This document shows positions 51,991 through 64,000 of a DNA stretch of 64,000 nt, one piece after another. Every line of letters starts with the position of its first letter. Position 1 is the stretch's first letter. The position numbers and the translations under genes were made by a program. The stretch lies in assembly GCF_036365525.1 (NCBI RefSeq), contig NW_027141175.1, positions 2,356,001 to 2,420,000 of the forward strand. Reading direction: 5' to 3'. The notes under the pieces are model-generated. The model saw only the letters and a list, made by a program, of their open reading frames with translations, ran no database searches and was not told the origin of the DNA. The DNA comes from Heterodontus francisci. Its lineage: Eukaryota.

Positions 51991-52263
51991 TTTTTTATAA
52001 GGAACGGGAATAGCTGTGGGAAAATGAATCTGAGTAATTCTATTCTGAGTCCACTGTATGATTCAGGTCAAATAATAATTATCAATAAAAAAGGAGTAAA
52101 ATCAGAGTTCAATTGAACTTTAATTTGAAGGAAATCTGTGTTGGAAATATGTTTATTCAAATTATACACTTCTTGGTTTGGGAAACAAAATTCCTTTGAG
52201 ACAGTACCCAACTCAGTTCCTATCTTTCAGTTTCTCATCTGAGGAATTTAAGGAACGCCAAAC

Positions 52264-52435
52264 TGTAATGGCTGGGAATCAAACCCGGGCACAGCTGCTT
52301 GGAAGGTCATTGACCTGAAACATTAACTGTTCTCTCTCCACAGATGCTGCCTGACCTGCTGAGTATTTCCAGCATTTTCTGTTTTTATTCCAGCTGTTTG
52401 GAAGGCAGCTATGCTCACTGCTCTAACAGCATCGC
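52264..52435 (-). pseudogene. tRNA-Gly(TCC) pseudogene interrupted at the anticodon arm by an 84-bp insert
   Basis: With 52307-52405 removed, the minus strand reads gcgatgctgttagagcagtgagcatagctgccTTCCAagcagctgtgcccgggtttgattcccagccattaca, resembling vertebrate tRNA-Gly-TCC; TSD cagctg(c/t)ttggaagg at 52292-52306 and 52391-52405. Confidence 0.8.
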
Positions 52436-53864
52436 TCACATGGAGCAATACATTGAGTCTTTCTGTGGATTTTGGGACTGTGCCGCTGTCTATGCTGCAA
52501 TCACAGCCAATAAAATACTCAGCTCAGTTCCAGGTGTTTAAAACTGGTGAACTGAAAGGCGACATGAAGAAAAACTTTTTCATGGAGTGAATGATTAGGA
52601 TCTGGGATGCCTGATAGGCTGAAGAAGGCAGATTCAATCAAAGCTTTCAAGATAAGTAATTGAAATTAAAAATATGCAGGGCAGAAGAAAGGCCAATAAG
52701 CTGGCACGGAATCAATGGGCTGAATGGCCTCCTATTATGTTGTAACTATTCACTGATACTGTGAGTCTAAGACCAAAATTTGATTAAAGACCTGTTTCAG
52801 CCTAGTTACTGTTACAGATCTGAAACAGAGTTTGGCTGTTTATCAGGGTGTTTCTGAACAGCAATAAATCACAATTTTACAGCACAGAAAGAGTTCATTT
52901 GAACAATTGTGCCCGTGGCCGCTCTTTGAAAGAATTATCTAATCAGTTCCACCTCCCTGTCATTTTCACATTGCCCTGTAATTTCCCCATCAAGTAATGA
53001 TCCAATTCCCTCAGGAAAGTTATTATTGAATCTGTTTTCACCTCCCTTTTCAAGCAGTACATTTCTGATCATCAGAAAGCCTGTTAAAATATCACCTCGT
53101 CACCCCCTCTGATTCTTTTAACAATTCTGTGTCCATTGGTTACAGACCCTTCTGCTAGTGGGAACAATTCCTCTTAAACCCATTACAATGTAGAACACAA
53201 CTATTAAATATTACATTAACATCTCTGCTCCAAGAAGAATGAATCCAGCTTTGCTATTCTTTCGCGCATCTCTTGAGCCATTCTGGTCAATCTCCTCTGC
53301 ACTCTCTCTCAGACCTTGATATCCCTGCTGAAGTGTGGAACCTGGAATTAGAAATGCTCCAGCTGAGGCCGATAACTAGTGATTTAATTTATAAAAGTTC
53401 AGCATAAACTCCTTGTTTGTGACCCGTACTCCCATTTCTGGTTTCTAACCCAGTGTCGGCTCTGAGCTGTTGAAACTGCCTGAATAAATATTTCCGCCCA
53501 ACAAAGCGCTCAATTTAGAGAGGCCGGAATGTGAGAAGCTGAAAATAAGGGATCCTCACAGCCAGGGGACATTTCCCGGTGAATTTTTCAATGGAAACTA
53601 GGGCTGGAGAGAGTCTTTGGGAAATGTAATTCCTGAATGCAGTGAGAGGGTTTGTGATTGGTTGCAGATGTTAAATCTGATTGGATGGCGAAAGAGACCA
53701 ATTAGAGTATTACAATATAAAACCATTGTGACATCACTCCCAATCACCCAATCACAATCTTTACTTTCCCCCATCCCTTATTAGCATAGAGCTGTGGGAT
53801 TGTCTATTTAATCCGCACTCGGAAGGGGTTTGGTTTATTTCTGTGTCTGAAATTGAAACTGAAG

Positions 53865-56354
53865 ATGGTTGAGGAGAAGAAGAAAGCAGTTCCTAAGAAG
53901 GGCGCCAAGAAAACTGTGAGTAAACCATCAGCAAAGGGCGGTAAAAGGCGGAGAAAGTCGAGGAAGGAGAGTTACTCCATCACCCCGATCAGACCTGTAC
54001 TGTACCCGGCAGGAAGATCTCTGATAGTCTCGCGCGACTCAGGGATACGATCGCCTACGGATGGGACAGGAGGGTGGACACCTGCCTCATCAGCCTGGAC
54101 CAGGAGAAGGCTTTTGACAGGATATCGCACACCTACATGATGGACGTGCTTTCCAAAATGGGGTTTGGGGAGGGAATCTGCAATTGGATCCAACTGCTCC
54201 ACACAAACATCAGTAGCGCAGTCTCAATCAACGGGTGGGAATCGGAAAGTTTCCCGCTCAAATCTGGAGTCAGACAGGGCTGTCCTCTCTCCCCGGTCTT
54301 GTTTGTTTGCTGTACTAAACCCTTTGCTGAGTCTATTAGGAAGGATGCAGCATAGGAGGGGTGACAATCCCAGGCAGCAGAGGCACTCAGGTCAAAACCT
54401 GCCTGTACATGGATGACATCGCCGTTTTCTGCTCGGATTCGCTGTCCGTGCGCAGACTGATGAGCATCTGCGACCAGTTCGAACTGGCCTCGGGAGCCAA
54501 AGTTAACCACGGCAAGAGTGAGGCCATGTTCTTTGGCAACTGGGCTGACCGATCCTTTGTCCCCTTCACCGTCAGGTCAGATTACCTGAAGGTGCTGGGG
54601 ATATGGTTCGGAAGGGCTGGGGCGTGCACCAAAACATGGGAGGAGCGAGTAGCCAAGGTACGACAAAAGTTGGGCATGTGGGGGCAGCGATCTCTCTCCA
54701 TTGTGGGTAAGAACCTGGTCATCAGGTGCGAGGCGCTCACGTTGTTGCTCTACGTGGCGCAGGTCTGGCCCATACCCCACTCCTGCGCCGTGGCAGTCAC
54801 CCGAGCCATTTTCCGCTTCGTCTGAGGATCTAAAATGGACCGGGTCCGGAGGGACACGATGTTCAAATCTCTGGACAAGGGCGGGAAAAATGTACCCAAC
54901 GTGGCCCTCATCCTGATGACCACCTTCGTGTGCGGCTGCATCAAGCTGTGTGTAGATCCCCAGTACGCAAACTCCAAGTGTCACTACGTGCTGAGGTTCT
55001 ATCTGTCCCCGGTTTTGCGAAGGATGGGCCTGGTCACATTGCCGCGGAACGCTCCATGCAGTTGGGCGGTGCCGTACCACCTATCCTTCGTGGAGCAGTT
55101 TCTGCGGGAAAACACCTTTGACCACCGGTCCATCAGGCAGTGGTCTGCACGGAATGTCCTCAAGGCCCTACGGGAAAAGGAAACGGTGGATCCTGTCGGA
55201 TGGTTCCCCGAGCAGACCGTCAAAGTCATTTGGTGGAATGCCTCATCACCAGAACTTTCAAACAAGCACCAAGACGTAGCTTGGCTGGTGGTGAGAAGCC
55301 TCAGATCCTTCATGCACACCCGAAGTCTCGCCCCCTCCGCACAGTGCCCCCGCGTTGGCTGTGGTGGGGAAGAGACAGTCGCCCACCTCCTCCTGGAATG
55401 TGCCTTTGCAAAGCAGGTTTGGAAAGAGATGCAGTGGTTTTTGTCAAGGTTCATCCCAAGCAGCTCTGTGACACAGGAGTCTGTGCTCTACGGGCTGTTC
55501 CCAGGGACGCACACCGAGACAAACATCAACTGCTGCTGGAGGACTATCAATTCGGTGAAAGACGCCCTTTGGTCTGCCCGAAACTTGCTGGTCTTCCAGC
55601 GCAAAGAGTTGTCCACCACCGAATGTTGCAGACTGGCACATTCCAAGGTCCAGGACTACGTGCTGAAGGACGCACTAAAGCTTGGGGCAGCCGCAGCAAA
55701 GGCTCAATGGGGAAAGACCACAATGTAAGGTTCCCCCACCAAGCTGGACTGAGGGGCTGGATCAATGGGAAACCCCTCGAACTGTATCGTTAATATTCTC
55801 AATTGCTGTAAATGTAAAACTGTAATTGACATGACTATTGTGAAACGGAAGGGTTGGGAAGAAACTCATGACAGTATTGAAGGAAACTGATCTCCCTTGC
55901 AATGTTTGTATTTTTTGGTGCTGTTTGGAAACTGTTTGGCAATGTAATTTTTACAGATTTTTATGAATAAAGTATATTTTGGAAAAAAAAGAAGAAAGCA
56001 GCTGCTAAGAAGGGCGCCAAGAAAACCTTAAATAAACCGTCAGCAAAGGGCGGCAAGAAGCGGAGAAAGTCGAGGAAGGAGAGTTACTCCATTTACATCG
56101 ACAAAGTGATGAAGCTGGTTCACCCCGACACCGGCATCTCCTCCAAGGCCATGAGCATCATGAACTCGTTTGTGAACGATATTTTCGAGCGCATCGCGGG
56201 TGAGGCTTCGCGCCTGGCCCATTACAACAAGCGCAGCACCATCAGCTCCCGGGAGATCCAGACCGCCGTGCGCCTGCTGCTGCCCGGGGAGCTGGCCAAG
56301 CACACCGTGTCGGAAGGGACAAAGGCGGTGACCAAGTACACCAGCTCCAAGTAA
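53865..56354 (+). pseudogene. H2B: Histone H2B disrupted by Tx1-like insertion (5' piece 53865-53980; 3' piece 55989-56354 lacks ATG)
   Basis: N-terminal 39 codons, then element; H2B resumes at codon 5 after the poly(A); 3' piece has Y42D, Q47L, A110T. Confidence 0.93.
53981..55988 (+). mobile_element. Tx1/L1-clade element, 5'-truncated (RT plus zf-RVT), sense to H2B
   Basis: SLDQEKAFDRISH, GVRQGCPLSP, LYMDD, CPRVGCGGEETVAHLLLEC; ends aataaagtatattttggaaaaaaaa. Confidence 0.95.
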
Positions 56355-56391
56355 AACTACACAATGGACTGAAAAACAGATCAAACACAAC

Positions 56392-56432
56392 GGCCCTTTT
56401 AAGAGCCACCCACAATCTCTCTGAAAAAGCTG
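56392..56432 (+). terminator. Histone stem-loop with stem mismatch GGCCCTTTTAAGAGCC (56392-56407) plus HDE
   Basis: C:A mismatch at stem position 4 relative to other H2B copies. Confidence 0.85.
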
Positions 56433-57177
56433 CATCCAAACATCTCTATTAAATCACTTAAAGACAATGTATAATATAATAAGGATCCTACTGCTGTGTT
56501 TGCTGTCCCATAAACTTTACAAGAACCCATAATCAGCTCACCCGTCTTCACTTTTTTGCTTAAAGCTGTTATTGTACTGTTTTCTTTTCACAGCCCCTGA
56601 ATGACCGCATTAACACTTGCTTTCAGTGGTTAAGATTAGGTCTTAATCCCTTAATGATTTTATTAACAGCAACTCTCCGCAGTGCAACAGCCTGAGATGG
56701 GATTATTACAGAGCAGGTTAAGGGCAGTTTCAGAACTCCATCCGGCTCCCTCTTTTCACAGAAGGACACTGAGCTCTGATTGAAAACTAAACAATGTTTC
56801 ACTTCAGGCCAATGCACTGAACAGGGATTTATTCCCACCAGGGACAGTTTGAAAGCGATTGGAGAATGAGCCACAATTTAAACAACATTTTACAAGTTGA
56901 ATAAAACAAAATACAGAGAAGGGATTTTAAATTTTTGACGAAGAATTACATTTATTTTAATCCGCCCCTTTCCGGCAATGAAATTGGCGGGCTTTTTGAA
57001 ATTGAACAATTCTCTGCTTCTGATGTCGTGGCGGGTAAATCCCGCCCTCTTCTGTTTGTCAGTGACCTGATTATTGGTGAATATAGGCAAATGAAGTGAA
57101 TTAGGTACCGACCAATGAGGAAAATTCTCAGTCTATAAGTAAAGTAAATGCTGCGTAAATTAACCATTCTTTGTTAA

Positions 57178-57588
<411 letters not shown>

Positions 57589-57618
57589 AGCGGCCAAAAT
57601 GTCATCTAATAACCCAAA

Positions 57619-57660
57619 GGCTCTTTTCAGAGCCACCCACAGTCTCTGTGAAAGGGCTGT
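57619..57660 (+). terminator. Histone stem-loop GGCTCTTTTCAGAGCC (57619-57634) plus HDE
   Basis: Canonical sequence followed by ACCCA. Confidence 0.95.
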
Positions 57661-58421
57661 TTATTGTCTAATTCCAGCATGTCAGTAACAGAACAGAATA
57701 GGAACTATTTAAAATGTTTAAGTAACTATTTCAGTGACTTCTCACTGTCCCCCTGAAGCCTGTGTGAAGGGGAATTACCAATAGTCTGTAATTTATCACT
57801 TCCACACCGAGTTTGAGTTATTGGTCCCTTAAGGATTGCTGAATGGAGTCTTTTCCCATGGAGTGGGAAATAAATGACAGGTTAAAACTGTACGTAAAAT
57901 AGCGCCAGGAATTTGTGGCGATAAAAGCGGAATAAAAAAGGGTCAAGGTTACGGGAAAATATTTTACCAACAACTTTAAATAGATTTTCCAGTAATCGCT
58001 TTTTTTCGACACTGAAATTGACGCCTTTTTCGAATTCAAACTGTTAGGACGACAATTTAAGCCAATGATTTGCTGTATTTTCTAATTCGAGGCTCTGCGA
58101 TTGGTTAAGACATGCGAATGGGAAGAGGGTGACCAATCAGAAGTGAGCGCGGGCTCAAACTGCGGGAATTCCAGAGTGATGTGGCTTTTCACTGAGGGCA
58201 TGTGTCGACTGGGGAAATAACTAAGTGTGGAGCCTCAGGCGCTGTTTACACAGCCCGTTTAGAAAATCAAATCCACTGCACATCCTTGCGACAACTGCAA
58301 TGTCAAACTCAGGGATTCCAGGTTTCTACACGAACACAGCGCAGATTTATTCCAGACAGTTCTGAACAGCCTATCCCAGCTCCCGTTTCCAGGTCACTGC
58401 TCTCTCTGTGAGGCGGTGGGT

Positions 58422-58437
58422 GGCTCTTAGTAGAGCC
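58422..58437 (-). terminator. H4 stem-loop with altered loop (GGCTCT-ACTA-AGAGCC)
   Basis: First loop U is A, unlike copy A (TCTA). Confidence 0.85.
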
Positions 58438-58471
58438 TTTGTTGTGTGTTTGCAGGAAAGGGTCGAGTTGT

Positions 58472-60722
<2,251 letters not shown>

Positions 60723-60736
60723 CCTCTGCCTGACAT

Positions 60737-60965
60737 GATAATTCTTCACTCAGGTCACTGCTGGATATGAGAAACAGAATCCTTCAGGCTCCTTTTTATA
60801 GCGGCCGCCCGGACCTGGCTGAGAATTGCAGTGAGGGGAGGAGACAGAGTTAAGATTAAACAGAGAGCAGGAGGGGAGGAGACACCCAGAGTGACAGACA
60901 GAGAGAGAACGGCCCCTCATCTTTCAGCTCCACCTCCAGTTTCCTCCGGGCTGCCAATTTCAAAC
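60737..60965 (-). promoter_or_regulatory. Displaced H4 5' UTR and promoter (TATAAAA 60794-60800, GGTCCG near 60810)
   Basis: Homologous to 5694-5940. Confidence 0.8.
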
Positions 60966-61384
60966 CCTTTATTAACAGTCGAACCGAAACCCAGCTCTCC
61001 ACACAAACCCTTCCAGACTCGGCCTTCATAGTCAAAGCTTTCCAGAAAGCCGGAGCTTTTAAATATGATCGTGCTACAATTAACACTCAGTAATATTCCC
61101 ACCAAAACACAGTCCATTCGATAACAAGAAACCTCCTCAGTAACATCACCATTTCCACACACATCCGCTTCCAGCAGTTTACAAACATCTTATTGCAGCT
61201 GTTTGGGGAATCTCCTGTGTTAAGATTGGAGTTGGAAGGCGGCTTTTACCCGGCAGTGTTATCGTCTCACACTGAATCTGCTAGACATCCTGTTCTCTTT
61301 ATTGCGAGAGAGAAAGCACGGATTTAGGAAATGTTCATTTGAAATGATCTCTATTGAGAACGAGCCCAGCCGTGGGACAGGTAT

Positions 61385-62360
61385 TCCAGTGCAAAGAGTT
61401 GTCCATGTCCGAGTGTTGCAGACTGGCACATTGCAACATCCAAGACTATGTGCTGGACGCATTAAAGCTTGGGGAAGCCAGCATGGAGTCTCAACGGAGA
61501 AAGGCTGAAGTCTAAGACAATGTATGTCAGCCAAGAGCGACGTCTCAACTCATTCCATCTTTGCTGCCTCCGGAGAATCCTTGGCATCATGTGGCAGGAC
61601 TGTATCTCCATTGCAGAAGTCCTCAAGGAGGCCAACATCCCCAGCATGTACACCCTACTGAGCCAACGGCGCTTGAGATGGATTGGCCATGTGAGCTGCA
61701 TGGAAGATGGCAGGATCCCCAAGGACACATTGTGCAATGAGCTCGCCACTGGTATCAGACCCACCGGCCATCCATGTCTCTGCTTTAAAGACGTCTGCAA
61801 ACGCGACATGAAGTCCTGTGACATTGACCACAAGTCGTGGGAATCAGTTACCAGTGTTCGCCTGAGCTGACGGACAGCCATAAAGGCGGGGCTAAAGTTT
61901 GGTGAGTTGAAGAGACTTAGCTGTTGGCAGGAAAAAAGACAGAAGCGCAAGGAGCGAACCAACTGTGTAACAGCCCCGACAACCAATTTTATCTGCAGCA
62001 CCTGTGGAAGAGTCTGTCACTCTGGAATTGGCCTTTAAAGCCACTCCAGGTGCTGTTTCACAAACCACTGACCACCTCCAGGCACTTACCGATTGTCTCT
62101 CGAGACAAGGAGGCCAAAGAAGGCCATTGTGCAGTGAGGCACTGGAACCCGTGTAAAACCCCTTGGGCTGTACGCACCAGAGAATGTTTGATGTATAATG
62201 TAATAACTGTAAATATAACCTGTGCAGACAGATATAGTGATTTACCTCATGTACTGTCGTGAAAGAAATTGATCTGTATGGCATCTTATGTAATATCAAA
62301 TTTGGCCTGCTTTGCAATGTACTTCCACAAATTTTATGAATAAAATACATTTTGTGCAAA
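61385..62360 (+). mobile_element. Old Tx1-like 3' fragment (61385-61515 and 62122-62360) with nested RTE 3' end (61516-62121)
   Basis: ccagtgcaaagagttgtcc...gcagactggcacatt matches Tx1 ORF2 end; tail ttttatgaataaaatacattttg; RTE RRLRWIGHVSCMEDGRIPKD, same family as 33490. Confidence 0.8.
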
Positions 62361-64000
62361 AGAAAGCAGCTTTCCTGTCAACACACACCTTGTCTCAGGG
62401 CACAGCTCTAAGCACAACTTTCCTGTGATCTTGTCACAACCAACTTCACGCTATATCTTCCGACACCCATACTTTACAGTCTGTCAATCTAAAATCAAAA
62501 GACCTTTTGTTTATTTCTCCTTTCTTTTCATTTCTCCTCTATTCTTCTCAATCACTCCCTACAACAGTCCTATTCAGATCAAGGTGGAATGTGAATAGTG
62601 TCACAACTCACCTGACGCTATTATTACCCTTCTCTTCTCTTGTCTCATTCAATGGGAAAGTTTTATTCACCAGTCTGTTGCTGTTTTACACTCTTGCCAT
62701 ACCATCTGGTATTGCATCCATCTGAATTCTGTGCTTTCATGGCCTTATATTTCTTTTCCACTTCTGGGTGATTTGTTTTCTTCAGTTTCATTCAACCAGG
62801 CTGGACCACAAGGAAGTTTAGAACCTTTGCCTTGGACGGGTCCACGTTGATCCATGACATTCAGAATTATCTCCTTGAAATAATTTCATAGTAGAACTAC
62901 AGTAACAACACAGCATCTGCTTCAAACACTCCTCCACATTTTATCTGTTCTGACTGTCAACATCTCCAGCTCTTTTGTTTAAGTGGAACCCATCAGGTTT
63001 GTATAGGCTCCTTCTATTCTGAAAGCTGTGGCACTGGTTCAGGGAATGGAGCCCTGTTTGTCAACACTAAAGGCTCAGCCATGCTTGATTTGCCTCGTTC
63101 CCCTCTGTCTCTCTTAACTATCAAATGGCACGGGTAGTATTTCAGAAAGTACTAGAATGGAGGGAGTGCTGGGGACTCCAGGCCTATCCTGGAGGGATGG
63201 GGAAAACATCTTTAGAAATTTTCTGGAGAGAAATGTGATATGACAGGTCTCCAGGGACAGACCAAGGAGAGGATGTGTACATTGAATGGAAACATGACAA
63301 AAAGAGTTGGGGATTCAGGAACACAATCCTCTCTGATGGGGTACAGCCTCCCCTCTGCTATTTCTCTTTACAAGACACTTTTCCAGTTTACATTTATGTA
63401 AAAGGTGGGTTAATTGCTCTCAGGGTGGGTGGGAGGAGAGGAGCCTCATTGGCCATGGGTGGGACAGGGAAAATGGAAAGAGAGAACCAGGATTCCGATC
63501 ACTCTCCTGTGGTGGCTGCTGGAAAGCGTCTGTGGATCAGATGCTGCCGGGGGCCGATGGAGAGGGAAAGGGGATGGGAAACGGTGTGGGGTCATAGAGC
63601 GAGGAGGTGGAGAGGGTGCGTTCGTGGTGTCACAGCCAACCCTCTGCCCAAACCTGACACCCACATCCCCTATCCCAGCATTAGAATGGCCAATTCATGG
63701 AGGCGGAGGGTGGCGATTCCCATTGGATTAATTTCTAATGTTCAGCATCTTATCCTGATAAAATCACCAGTATTGAAGGAGGCCATTCTGTACCTATTCT
63801 CAGGTCATTGAGGGGTCATCTCTCCCCTTTCAGCTCCCGGCTGCAGATATGTTTGCTGTGAAATATGAGTAAAATGCGACGTATGTTTGCAGCTCTTTCT
63901 GTTTCTGTCCCGTTGCAGTCACAGGAACATCGAAATGAGACTAGGCCATTCAGCACCTCAAGCCTGTTGCACCTTTCAAGTAGATCCTGGCTCAGCTGTA

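Noticed and set aside
53865-54140. H2B-Tx1 fusion ORF
   Set aside because: Junction is out of frame with ORF2 and stops after about 53 unrelated codons.

Overview
Vertebrate genomic DNA, most likely a cartilaginous fish (inferred from the HE1/V-SINE-, DeuSINE-, CR1-, RTE- and Penelope-type repeats and the MVEEKK-type H2B). The window is a repeat-rich replication-dependent histone locus with eight histone genes or pseudogenes (4x H2B, 2x H2A, 2x H4; no H3 or H1 seen), each ending in a 3' stem-loop. An H2B-H2A-H4 cassette at ~2.3-7.2 kb is repeated at ~53.6-64 kb, and a ~17 kb imperfect inverted repeat (26.7-43.3 kb) carries two convergent H2B genes. The rest is mostly nested, decayed retroelements and a ~41-bp degenerate satellite. 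The most striking signal is one Tx1/L1-clade non-LTR family inserted twice, in sense orientation, at the very start of histone ORFs in the second cassette. One copy sits at the H4 ATG with a perfect 14-bp TSD that fuses the H4 start in frame to element ORF2. The other sits at H2B codon 5 with a 104-bp duplication whose two copies look like different paralogs. Both sites lie 64-72 nt from the TATA box and share no target sequence, which suggests possible position-specific targeting of histone 5' ends. A third copy sits in a CR1, so any preference is not absolute. Everything was read by eye; repeat boundaries are approximate and family names are pattern-based, not search results.
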